Assembly: GCA_035289005.1 (NCBI GenBank)
Contig: DATDYN010000017.1
Coordinates: 1-63,860 of the forward strand
Origin: Candidatus Nanoarchaeia archaeon
GTDB lineage: Archaea > Nanobdellota > Nanobdellia > Woesearchaeales > UBA12501
Direction: 5' to 3'
Length of the DNA stretch: 63,860 nucleotides
In this document: in pieces, positions 55,420-63,860 of the stretch
Layout: each line of letters starts with the position of its first letter
How positions within the stretch are numbered: the stretch's first letter is position 1
Translations under genes and position numbers: made by a program
The notes under the pieces: model-generated
What the model saw: the letters and a program-made list of their open reading frames with translations, nothing else
What the model was told of the DNA's origin: nothing
Databases searched by the model: none

Positions 55420-57702
55420 GTGTTGGCAGATTCGTGGAATTATGAAGTCATAAGGGAAGGGGAAGATGTAATCATAAAGGTTGATTGCGAGAGGATACTC
55501 CGCATCCCTTCCATAGAGGACGATCCTGTGTACATGGCGAGGATCATCGAGACATTGGCTGAGCTTCCTACCGCGACAAAGATACTTCTTGTGCAGAAGC
55601 GCGATTATGAGTATGATTATGACCAGGTAAAGCTCCTTGTCGAGATCGCCCAGCTCTATCTCAAGCTCGCATCTCAGAAAGAATTCTTCTCTTATGAAGC
55701 GCTGAACCTCAATGGCAAGTGCGCGCATCTGGCAGGAGAGATGTACACTGCGCTTCAATCACTTATCTTCCGCCAGCTGAAGGAAGATCCGATATCCGCT
55801 TTTGTCACGATGAAGCGCATGATGAGGGATGAGCGCATTCTTGAGCAGAAAACTGTGGATGAAGCTTCGCTTGCCTGCAGGAAGAGGTATATCTCTCTGC
55901 TTTCGCACATGCTAAATCTGCTGGGCAAGACAGCCCTGCTCGCTCTGGCCAGGCCTCATCTTGAAGGCCTTGAGACTGGGAACCGTGACGTCTATCGGGA
56001 GATATTCCATCCGATCATAAAGCCGGACTTCATGTTCACGAAGATCATGGCGAATTATCCTCCTGACGGAGAAGAGATCGACAATTACACTATAGGCGAT
56101 GACACTGAAGTGACAATATTCCGCTTCCCTAATTCAGTGAAATATCTTTATCATCTCTCTCCTCCGGAATTCAACCTAAGCGAGGAAGAGTATGACTTGC
56201 TTGACATGGCGCGCACCATCATGGCAGAGCACAAGCCTTCTCGTGAGGAGTTCGTCAATCCGCGAAGGATGAGGGAGGTATTCTCGAATGTCGGCAGGGA
56301 CCTCATCCAGGAGATAGCCAACAATAAAGGGCTGACTCTCACGCAGAAGCAAGTCCTGAAGATGACCAGCATACTTGTCAGGTACACTATAGGTTTCGGC
56401 CTTATCGAAGTGCTGCTACAGGATGACAAGATCCAGGACGTCTCTATCAATTCGCCAATGGGCAGGATCCCAGTGTTCGTAGTGCATGGAGATTACGCTG
56501 ATTGCGACACTAACATCATAATCACTGTCCCTGAAGCTGAGTCTTGGGCGTCAAAATTGCGCATGATTTCCGGAAGGCCTTTGGATGAAGCAAATCCAGT
56601 GCTTGATACAGAGATCCAGATACCCGGAGCTGACGCAAGAGTCGCCGTAGTCTCAGAGCCTCTCGACCCTACAGGATTGGCGTTCTCTTTCCGACGCCAC
56701 AGAGACAAACCCTGGACACTGCCCTTGTTCATCAAGCAGAAGATGATAACTTCTTTCGCCGCAGGATTGCTCAGTTTCATGGTTGACGGCACGCGCGCGA
56801 TGCTCATCGCGGGAACGCGCAGTTCAGGTAAATCCTCATTCTTGACTGCCCTGATGATTGAGATAATGCGGAGGTATAGGATAATAACGATAGAGGACAC
56901 TCTGGAACTCCCTTCCGGAGGGATGCGTGATCTGGGATTCAATATCCTATCGATGAAAGTCGCCTCAAGCATGACTCGCGGCTCTTCAGAAGTTAGCGCG
57001 GCTGACGGCATAAGGACAACACTGCGTCTTGGGGATTCCTCATTGATAATCGGCGAAGTCAGGAGCAAAGAGGCCGTAGCGCTCTATGAAGCGATGCGCA
57101 TAGGCGCTGCCGCGAATGTAGTCGCAGGGACGATCCATGGCGATTCCCCTTACGGAGTCTTCGACCGTGTAGTTAACGATATCGGAGTGCCGAAGACCTC
57201 TTTCAAAGCCACAGATGTCATAATCGTCGCCAATCCGATCAGGAGCGCTGACGGCATCCATCGCAATAGGCGCGTCACGCAGATCACTGAAGTCAGGAAG
57301 CATTGGGAGAATGACCCAGTGATTGAGGGAGGATTTGTCGATCTCATGAAGTACGACGCGAAAAATGACGCCCTGAACATATCTGACGACCTGATAAACG
57401 GAGACAGCGAAACTTTGAAAGCCATCGCGTCCAATATCCCTGATTTTGCAGGAAACTGGGATGCTCTCTGGAAGAATATAGAGCTGAGGGCGAAATGCAA
57501 GCAGGCGCAGGTTGATTACGCAGTCCAGGCCAACAATCTGGATTTGCTTGAAGCCGAGTTCACTATAGAGTGCAATGACCAATTCCATCTCATCTCTGAC
57601 AAGATCAAGAGAGAGACTGGAAAGCTTGATCCGGAACGCATATGGTTCGAGTGGGAAGTATGGATAAAGAGGGAGATAAAGAAGCGGCAGGCAAGCGCTT
57701 GA
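55420..57702 (+). CDS. Type II/IV secretion-family ATPase (GspE/FlaI/PilB superfamily) with long N-terminal region
   Basis: Walker A IAGTRSSGKSSFL (about aa 465 of 760), Asp box IITIEDTLEL, Walker B SLIIGEVRSKEA, His box AGTIHGDSP. GTG start preceded by GAGAGG. Confidence 0.9.
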   Translation: MLADSWNYEVIREGEDVIIKVDCERILRIPSIEDDPVYMARIIETLAELPTATKILLVQKRDYEYDYDQVKLLVEIAQLYLKLASQKEFFSYEALNLNGKCAHLAGEMYTALQSLIFRQLKEDPISAFVTMKRMMRDERILEQKTVDEASLACRKRYISLLSHMLNLLGKTALLALARPHLEGLETGNRDVYREIFHPIIKPDFMFTKIMANYPPDGEEIDNYTIGDDTEVTIFRFPNSVKYLYHLSPPEFNLSEEEYDLLDMARTIMAEHKPSREEFVNPRRMREVFSNVGRDLIQEIANNKGLTLTQKQVLKMTSILVRYTIGFGLIEVLLQDDKIQDVSINSPMGRIPVFVVHGDYADCDTNIIITVPEAESWASKLRMISGRPLDEANPVLDTEIQIPGADARVAVVSEPLDPTGLAFSFRRHRDKPWTLPLFIKQKMITSFAAGLLSFMVDGTRAMLIAGTRSSGKSSFLTALMIEIMRRYRIITIEDTLELPSGGMRDLGFNILSMKVASSMTRGSSEVSAADGIRTTLRLGDSSLIIGEVRSKEAVALYEAMRIGAAANVVAGTIHGDSPYGVFDRVVNDIGVPKTSFKATDVIIVANPIRSADGIHRNRRVTQITEVRKHWENDPVIEGGFVDLMKYDAKNDALNISDDLINGDSETLKAIASNIPDFAGNWDALWKNIELRAKCKQAQVDYAVQANNLDLLEAEFTIECNDQFHLISDKIKRETGKLDPERIWFEWEVWIKREIKKRQASA

Positions 57703-57764
57703 TGACTTCCTATTCAATCTCGCATTGACCTCTTGTGCGCAGCGCGCTTCAATCACGCTTATCA

Positions 57765-60098
57765 ATGGCAAAAAAAGAGGATAGCTCAGAAGAAGCGCCG
57801 ATGAAGAACGAAGGAGGAAGGATCGGCCAGTCAGAAGTAGACCAATTGATGCAGAAATACCGTGAACGCCTTGATTCTCAGCTGAATGTCTCACGGCAGC
57901 AGCTTTCTGAGAGTGAGGATGAGGAAGGGACAGCCTCAAGGGAGTACAGCGATTTCAAGAAAGAGTATATGCCGACGCATCTCTCATTCTATGAGAAAGC
58001 CTGCAATCTCAGCGAGAGCGTGATGAAGATAAGCCCTGACAAGAAAAAGCTCCAAGAATACCAGGAAGCTATAGAGGTCTGCCATCTCAATATCACTCCT
58101 ACAGGCGCAGTCTCTTTCGCGTTCCTAGCGGCGATATCAGTCATAGTCTTCGGAGGGTTGGCATCTTTCGCGATATTCAGCTCAGTGTTCTTCATAATAT
58201 TCTTTCTGGCTGTAGGCGCATTGCTGATCCAGCCTTTGAGCACTCTGCCGATGTTCTTATCCACTCAGTGGCGCATGAAGTCTAGCAATCAGATGGTCAT
58301 CTGCATATTCTATATTGTCACTTATATGAGGCATACCTCTAATCTTGAGCTCGCGATAAAGTTCGCTTCAGACCACCTCTCTGCTCCGCTCTCTCTTGAT
58401 CTCAAGAAAGTCCTTTGGGATGTCGAGACTGAGAAGTACGAGTCTCTCAAGGAATCCCTTGACACTTATCTCCTGTCCTGGAAGAAATGGAACATGGAGT
58501 TCGTCGAGGCCTTCCATCTGATAGAATCCTCATTGTTTGAGAGCTCTGAAGACAGGAGGCTTTCTCTGCTGGACAAATCATTGAGCGTCATCCTTGAAGA
58601 GACTTACGAGAAGATGTTGCATTATGCGCAGGATCTCAAGACCCCTATGACTATGCTGCACATGCTCGGTATCATCATGCCGATCCTGGGATTGGTCATA
58701 TTGCCGCTCATGGTCAGCTTTGTCTGCGAAGTCAGATGGTATCACTTAGCGGCGTTCTATAATCTCGCGCTCCCTCTGGGGATATATTACTTGGGCAAGA
58801 AGATCCTCACGACAAGGCCGACAGGTTACGGCGACACAGACATCTCTGAAGAGGATCCTGAACTCAAGAAATACCGGAATTACATATTCAAGCTAGGCAC
58901 CGCTAAAGTCTCGGTCTCTCCGGCATTGATAGCAATAACTTTCGGAGTAATATTCCTTCTCATAGGCATCAGCCCTCTGATACTGCACGCTTTCACTTCA
59001 AGCACTGATTTCGATATCATCTGGAGAGCTGATCCTGGAAGCGATGAGAGCAAGATAGGGATAACAAACACTCTGCAGGATCCGACAGCGCTGTTCTCAC
59101 TTTTAGGGTATCTGGAATCCCAAGGCTGTCCTGTAGGGGAGGCCGGCGCTGAAGGCTTGGGAGATATTGTCGGGCCTTTCGGGTTTGGAGCCGCATTGCT
59201 GAGCCTTTTCTTCATAATCGGGTTAGGGGTGAGCATAGGGCTGTACTTCAAGCATAAATCCTCGAATGTGATAAAGATAAGGGAGGACGCTAAAAAGCTT
59301 GAGAAGGAATTCGCTTCAGCGCTCTTCCAGCTAGGAAACCGTCTAGGCGATGGATTGCCCGCGGAGATCGCTTTCGGCAAAGTTGCGGAAGTCATGGAGG
59401 AGAGCATCTCAGGCAATTTCTTCAGGATAGTGACTTCCAATATAACCCGTCTTGGCATGAGCGTTGAGCAGGCGATTTTCGATCCTAAGATCGGCGCGCT
59501 CGTGAATTATCCCTCTAATGTGATCGAGAGCTCGATGAAAGTGCTTATCGAGAGCTCAAAGAAAGGGCCTTTGATAGCGGCGCAGGCGCTCATCAGCATC
59601 TCTGACTATATCAAAGAGATCCATCGCGTTGATGAACGCCTTAAAGATTTGCTGTCAGAGACGATATCCTCAATGAAATCGCAGATCACTTTCATGACTC
59701 CAGCGATAGCTGGCATCGTCATAGGCATCACAAGCATGATCTCAGGTATAATCGGAAATCTTGGCATCCAGCTTCGCAGCCTCGGCTCTGGAGGGGCTGC
59801 TGGCGCAGGGTTGGGCAACATGACTGACATACTTTCTATGTTCGGAGAGGGAGTGCCCACTTTCTATTTCCAGATAATTGTCGGAGTATATGTCGTAGAA
59901 ATAATATTCATCCTCACTATAATAGTCAATGGGATAGAGAATGGCGCGGATTCTCTGAATGAGAAATATCTCTTAGGGGTCAATATGGTGAGGAGCACGA
60001 TATCCTATGTGTTGATAAGCCTTGGGGTGATGCTAGTGTTCAATCTTGTGGCGGGCAGGATACTGAGCGGATTCCTTTCAGGCGGCGGAGTGAGTTGA
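57765..60098 (+). CDS. FlaJ/PilC/TadC-like polytopic platform protein
   Basis: About 9 TM segments and two cytoplasmic helical modules resembling T2SSF repeats (SNLELAIKFASDHLSAPLSLDLKKVLWDV; EFASALFQLGNRLGDGLPAEIAFGKVAEV...LGMSVEQAI...YPSNVIESSMKVLIESSKKG). ATG at 57765 (MAKKEDSS) is preferred over the non-ATG start at 57735. Confidence 0.65.
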   Translation: MAKKEDSSEEAPMKNEGGRIGQSEVDQLMQKYRERLDSQLNVSRQQLSESEDEEGTASREYSDFKKEYMPTHLSFYEKACNLSESVMKISPDKKKLQEYQEAIEVCHLNITPTGAVSFAFLAAISVIVFGGLASFAIFSSVFFIIFFLAVGALLIQPLSTLPMFLSTQWRMKSSNQMVICIFYIVTYMRHTSNLELAIKFASDHLSAPLSLDLKKVLWDVETEKYESLKESLDTYLLSWKKWNMEFVEAFHLIESSLFESSEDRRLSLLDKSLSVILEETYEKMLHYAQDLKTPMTMLHMLGIIMPILGLVILPLMVSFVCEVRWYHLAAFYNLALPLGIYYLGKKILTTRPTGYGDTDISEEDPELKKYRNYIFKLGTAKVSVSPALIAITFGVIFLLIGISPLILHAFTSSTDFDIIWRADPGSDESKIGITNTLQDPTALFSLLGYLESQGCPVGEAGAEGLGDIVGPFGFGAALLSLFFIIGLGVSIGLYFKHKSSNVIKIREDAKKLEKEFASALFQLGNRLGDGLPAEIAFGKVAEVMEESISGNFFRIVTSNITRLGMSVEQAIFDPKIGALVNYPSNVIESSMKVLIESSKKGPLIAAQALISISDYIKEIHRVDERLKDLLSETISSMKSQITFMTPAIAGIVIGITSMISGIIGNLGIQLRSLGSGGAAGAGLGNMTDILSMFGEGVPTFYFQIIVGVYVVEIIFILTIIVNGIENGADSLNEKYLLGVNMVRSTISYVLISLGVMLVFNLVAGRILSGFLSGGGVS

Positions 60099-60135
60099 CA
60101 TCTTAGTCCTAATCAATCTTTCTAGAAAGAAATGA

Positions 60136-60287
60136 TGGGAACGGGGGGACTTTCCAATGCAGAACCGCTTCGCGGCTCACGCACTTTTTGAACCCCCGAC
60201 ACCTACGTGTCAGAGTTCCTCTGACATCTTAAAATGCCTATGAGGATATCTTCAGCGTAGTGCTCTCCCAGTCTGAGCTACGTTCCC
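60136..60287 (-). tRNA. tRNA-Phe(GAA) with two introns (canonical 37/38, ~41 nt; T-loop, ~37 nt)
   Basis: Reverse complement: GGGAACG-TA-GCTC-AGACTGGGA-GAGC-A-CTACG-CTGAAG|41 nt|A-CGTAG-GTGTC-GGGGG-TTCAAA|AAGTGCGTGAGCCGCGAAGCGGTTCTGCATTGGAAAG|T-CCCCC-CGTTCCC-A. Introns lie at about 60209-60249 and 60150-60186. TATA-like TTTTTAAATG at 60311-20 on the minus strand. Confidence 0.8.
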
Positions 60288-60583
60288 GTCATCGTGAGAC
60301 AGAAGCGGCGCATTTAAAAAGGTTGCGGAAGCCGGGGCGATGTCCTGAATCTCCAGATTTTCCCTCCCCCGACAGAGTCAGTGGGATAGGGTGAGGGGAA
60401 TCTGCTTCGGATTTAGCCGAAGCGCGGCAACCGATAACAGCAAACTATCTCGACAGCGCCTGGAAATCATCTCTCTCACAAACAGGGCGGGAGTGGGAAG
60501 GGCGTCCCCTTCCCAGCGCCGCAGAAAGGTTGGCGTTTGTTATGTCAGGTCAAGGCAAATTCCTGAACCTTAACAGGGATCAT

Positions 60584-61054
60584 TCATGCGGCGCAGTACT
60601 GCACTGTCAAAGGATCGCTCATGAACGCTTCTCTCCTTATCTCATCGATTATATGGTAGACTTCTTTCTTGCGTATCTGGAACTTGTCCTCTATAATCTC
60701 TATGAAGTCTTCCATCTCTTTCACATCTTTGAATACCGCCTCTATCATGAAATCATAGTCGTTATTCACTTTGTAGATCGAGTTTACGCTGAAGTTCTTC
60801 AGCAGGTATTCTTTCAGTGCGTCACGCTGCTCGCGCTTGACTTTGAGCAGGAATGAGGCTTTTGCGGTATACCCGATCTTTGTGAAATCTATGAGCGCCG
60901 TGTGCTTAATTATAAGCGATTGCTCATATTTCTTGATCCTGTCGAATATGGTGGATATGGGCATCTGTATGCTCTTGCTCATAGTTGTCAGATTCTGCCT
61001 GCAGTTCTTTCGCAGATGCGAGATCAGCATCAGTTCTTTATTCGACATCGTCAT
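60584..61054 (-). CDS. Lrp/AsnC-family transcriptional regulator
   Basis: N-terminal HTH (LISHLRKNCRQNLTTMSKSIQMPISTIFDRIKKYE) plus a C-terminal RAM-like domain (ASFLLKVK...DYDFMIEAVFKDVKEMEDFI). Confidence 0.85.
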   Translation of the reverse strand: MTMSNKELMLISHLRKNCRQNLTTMSKSIQMPISTIFDRIKKYEQSLIIKHTALIDFTKIGYTAKASFLLKVKREQRDALKEYLLKNFSVNSIYKVNNDYDFMIEAVFKDVKEMEDFIEIIEDKFQIRKKEVYHIIDEIRREAFMSDPLTVQYCAA

Positions 61055-61165
61055 TATATCCCTCCTTTCCGGCTTTTCCGGAACATATCCTTATATGTCG
61101 GAAGAATGATATATACCTTTCTTATAGAGGATATATAACCTAATAGAATTATATACTCTTTATTG

Positions 61166-62668
61166 TTATATCGCTTGGTCTTTCTGGCCCCAAAGGCCTA
61201 GCTTCCTGAAGCACTGCGCAGCGAATGCAAAGAATCCGCAGATATAGAAAGGGATCAGTATGGCTAGCGAGAGCGCAAGGAATATGCTGAATATAGGTTT
61301 TGAGATGCCAAGAGCTATCAGTGAAGAGATTGTATGCCTCACTATTGGCAGCGCGAAAAGGTAGAGGTAATAACCGAAAAAAACATTGATCCCGATCATT
61401 GCGGCGGCAGTGATCGCATGTTTTATCCTCCCGTTCATGCAGCATAAGAGCACAACTATTCCTATCGCGACAGACAGCAGGGCAGTCTCTAATGTGAAGT
61501 TAACAGCTATTGCCTGAGTCTGTATATCAGCTCCAGCGATAGAGTCTTTCAGCACACTCCCGAGCCTGAATACGGGCAGGAGAAGGAATGATGTTATCGC
61601 TGCAGCGAATATCGCCAATGCAGATGAAGGCAGATCAAGCTTTCTCTGCTCCGCAAGCAGATACCAGAGCACTGCAGGCCCTATCAGCAAGGATAACAGC
61701 GCTATGACATTCAATGCATAAATAATTATTATCGTGGATTTCATCAGCAAGGAAGAGGCGCTCGCGAGATTGCCTGAAAGCAAAAGCAGCAATGAAGCAT
61801 GTCCCTCTCCAAGTTCTCCGAAATAAGAGATCTCCTGCCCTAGAAGGTAAGGGAAGACGAAAACCCCTAATTCTGTCAGCAGATGAAGGACAAGCATTCC
61901 GCTCACTCCGAGAACAAGAGTCTTGCCGTCATGGAAGAACCCCACAGCTTTCCTGTAGAAATCCTCAGAAGCGTCAGCTATCCTGAACGCGAAAGTGGCA
62001 GTGCCGAGACTTTTCGCGTGCTTTATTATGACGAAGACATAGAAGAATATCAGGAACACTGTCAGTGAGGAATCAACAGCCCAGCCTAGCCACTCAACGA
62101 AAAGCTTGAACATGGCGAAGAAGAAGAACAGTAACACTCCTAAAGAGATCACTGCGCGCTCAATCTTTTTCCAGACGCTTAACGCCTGGCCTTTCTCATG
62201 CAGCACTGCGAGAAGGCTTGGCTCCCTCACCTCAACATTCATGAACAGCGAGAAAGCCGAGATGAGTAGCAGTATGCCCAATCCTGCGTATATGGAGATT
62301 GTCAGCAATTCTCCTGAATAAGTGACTATAGGATAATAAAGCCATCTGAGGAACGCGTACTGAGCTCCGTCAGCTTCAGCGACAGATTTCAATGCTTCAG
62401 CGCTGAAAGCTATCACTTCATTAATGACAAGAAGGAAGTAGGAAGTGAGCAGTAGGCCGTCAACAAGCTTGTCCTTGTAGCCGTAGAATATCTCTGAAAG
62501 GTTTGCGCGGTAGACCAGCACTCCAAGGCATGCCCAGGAGACTATCTTCTTGATGTAATCAAGGTCCGGCGAGAGCCTGCCTAAGAATTCAAGCACGTCA
62601 AGAGTTATCAGGAATACGAGCAGCAGTTCAGCGATTCCTATATCCAGTCTCTTGATGAGATCAGCCAT
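61166..62668 (-). CDS. Polytopic membrane protein (500 aa, unknown function)
   Basis: At least 12 hydrophobic segments and no recognised motif. Last gene of a three-gene minus-strand set. Confidence 0.55.
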   Translation of the reverse strand: MADLIKRLDIGIAELLLVFLITLDVLEFLGRLSPDLDYIKKIVSWACLGVLVYRANLSEIFYGYKDKLVDGLLLTSYFLLVINEVIAFSAEALKSVAEADGAQYAFLRWLYYPIVTYSGELLTISIYAGLGILLLISAFSLFMNVEVREPSLLAVLHEKGQALSVWKKIERAVISLGVLLFFFFAMFKLFVEWLGWAVDSSLTVFLIFFYVFVIIKHAKSLGTATFAFRIADASEDFYRKAVGFFHDGKTLVLGVSGMLVLHLLTELGVFVFPYLLGQEISYFGELGEGHASLLLLLSGNLASASSLLMKSTIIIIYALNVIALLSLLIGPAVLWYLLAEQRKLDLPSSALAIFAAAITSFLLLPVFRLGSVLKDSIAGADIQTQAIAVNFTLETALLSVAIGIVVLLCCMNGRIKHAITAAAMIGINVFFGYYLYLFALPIVRHTISSLIALGISKPIFSIFLALSLAILIPFYICGFFAFAAQCFRKLGLWGQKDQAI

Positions 62669-62716
62669 GAGCGCTCCGATAGTCTGTCCGTGATTTCATG
62701 GCTTGAGATGATGCCT

Positions 62717-62857
62717 TCACAAGAACAGCACAGCAAGGATGAAGCCTATGATTATCCCGATCAGCAGGCCTGTGATCAGCTCTTTAAGCCCGTACTCGAC
62801 TTTCTCGAGCTGCTTCATCTCATTGATCAATTCCTGGGAATCTTTCTTGATTACCAT
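62717..62857 (-). CDS. Small tail-anchored protein, 46 aa (below the ORF-track cutoff)
   Basis: My own translation: MVIKKDSQELINEMKQLEKVEYGLKELITGLLIGIIIGFILAVLFL. It starts 2 nt after the upstream ORF ends. Confidence 0.4.
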   Translation of the reverse strand: MVIKKDSQELINEMKQLEKVEYGLKELITGLLIGIIIGFILAVLFL

Positions 62858-62858
62858 C

Positions 62859-63128
62859 TCATTCAACCCCTTCACGGCCGCGGTTCTTGCCAGGCAATGC
62901 CTCTTTCAGCTCTATCTTGCCCATCACCCAAAGAACTGCGCCCACTCCGAAAAATATCGGAAAAAGCATAAAATCTTTCCCTTTAAGGAAGTAATCAGGA
63001 TTCTGATGCAATAATGGGCGGCCTACAGCCCCAAGAAGAACCAAATACAGGCCGATGCCGATGCTTGTTGCCGCAAGAAATATCAGGATCAATCCTATGA
63101 ACTCGTGCATGCGCACATTATGCTGCAT
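62859..63128 (-). CDS. Small 3-TM membrane protein (89 aa)
   Basis: FIGLILIFLAATSIGIGLYLVLLGAV and LFPIFFGVGAVLWVMG. Tightly packed with the two downstream ORFs. Confidence 0.45.
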   Translation of the reverse strand: MQHNVRMHEFIGLILIFLAATSIGIGLYLVLLGAVGRPLLHQNPDYFLKGKDFMLFPIFFGVGAVLWVMGKIELKEALPGKNRGREGVE

Positions 63129-63232
63129 ATCATCCCTCTTTTAGCCTTTGAAGGCGTTCGCCTGCTTTTAGCAGGTCTTTCCTGATTATCTCTCAGAAGC
63201 GTGATAGATTATTTAAATGTTGTGATGCGCGA

Positions 63233-63352
63233 GGCGTTATCCTGAATCTATAAATGAAGACTTTTTTGCCATAGCGATACAACTCTTCATTTAGTGGCTA
63301 AATCTTGGTTATAAGAAAGCGGTGGCAAAAAAGAGTGATTCAGGATAACGCC
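63233..63352. mobile_element. MITE-like palindromic element, copy e (perfect 16-bp TIRs)
   Basis: GGCGTTATCCTGAATC (63233-48) / GATTCAGGATAACGCC (63337-52). Internal CTTTTTTGCCA.../...TGGCAAAAAAG. GATGCGCG occurs at 63224-31 and at 63353-60. Confidence 0.75.
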
Positions 63353-63458
63353 GATGCGCGGCTTGATGATTGGCATGAACTCTGGAAGCATTAAGGGATT
63401 GCCGCGTCATGAAAGTGTATTATCAGAATCTATAATAAAAATAATAATAATTGCGTCT

Positions 63459-63860
63459 TCAATCCACGCTCTCTTCCTCGACTGAAGAGTCGTCTATATC
63501 CTTATCGATCTCTTTTGCAGGCTCTTCAAAGGATTTGGCAGGCTGCTTTTCAGCTGCATGAGCATTGTGCGTTGCCTGTTGCGCGGCTTGCAAGGTCGCT
63601 GCCCCGACAACCGCCAATGTCCCGAACTTGCCAGTGCTGAGTTGAAGCTCTCCGTTCCATTCACCCACATAGCCGTTCTTTATCTCCACCTTGTCCCCTT
63701 TATTGACCTGCTCTATCTGCTCGTTCCATAAAGAGAGCTTGACCTGCCCTGTCTCGTCCTTGAGTATGGCGTTAGCGACTCTTCCGTCCTTGCCGAATTT
63801 TGAGAAAGTGCGCGGTTCCGCCTTGTCGACTATGTCCGCTATAAGGTTCACATTGCCCTG
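63459..63860 (-). CDS. OB-fold single-stranded-DNA-binding (RPA/SSB-like) protein with acidic tail; 5' end probably outside window
   Basis: VANAILKDETGQVKLSLWNEQIEQVNKGDKVEIKNGYVGEWNGELQLSTGKFGTL. The frame stays open to the window edge (..QGNVNLIADIV), so the listed GTG start may be internal. Confidence 0.75.
   Translation of the reverse strand, partial: QGNVNLIADIVDKAEPRTFSKFGKDGRVANAILKDETGQVKLSLWNEQIEQVNKGDKVEIKNGYVGEWNGELQLSTGKFGTLAVVGAATLQAAQQATHNAHAAEKQPAKSFEEPAKEIDKDIDDSSVEEESVD

Noticed and set aside
57040-57939. 299-aa minus-strand ORF spanning the ATPase/platform junction. Similar antisense ORFs occur at 56493-57068, 58880-59458, 47922-48524, 45157-45765, 32037-32537 and 17819-18361.
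   Set aside because: All are antisense to ORFs with strong family motifs, and their translations are Ser/Arg/Leu-rich with no recognisable domain. They are treated as shadow ORFs.
60391-60856. ORFs 60391-60573 and 60530-60856 (plus strand)
   Set aside because: The first lies in the GC-rich hairpin/MITE-end region and encodes an Arg/Ser-rich peptide. The second is antisense to the well-supported Lrp/AsnC gene.

Overview
This window looks like an archaeal chromosomal segment. The information-processing genes are of clearly archaeal type: ABCE1, TrmI, archaeal DnaG, Rio kinase, a Dim2-like KH protein, Topo VI B+A, aMBF1, RadB, uS2, a Fap7-like kinase, TGT and an OB-fold SSB. By inference it most resembles a small-genome, DPANN-like organism. 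Large cell-envelope blocks sit between the housekeeping genes:
- (i) a 2090-aa beta-helix surface protein that is translationally coupled to an AbrB-type regulator;
- (ii) a five-gene minus-strand glycosylation operon with three GT-C/STT3-like membrane proteins, a processive-type GT2 and a membrane thioredoxin;
- (iii) a plus-strand island of N-anchored beta-sandwich proteins plus an O-antigen-ligase-like/TPR protein;
- (iv) a type-IV-filament-like engine (small RHH, long GspE/FlaI-family ATPase, FlaJ/PilC-like platform). It lies next to a triplicated 4-TM protein family and coiled-coil proteins. I found no recognisable pilin.

All three tRNA genes carry introns. Two of them have related introns in the T-loop. 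The 3' end of tRNA-Cys plus its trailer is tandemly duplicated. Intergenic DNA is packed with hairpin-forming repeats: a MITE-like family with 16-bp TIRs and families of short 'CGGAAAT/CGAAAAT' hairpins that are nested inside each other. I found no rRNA, CRISPR array, cas, integrase, transposase or reverse transcriptase. All functional calls come from motif recognition by eye and none is backed by a database search.
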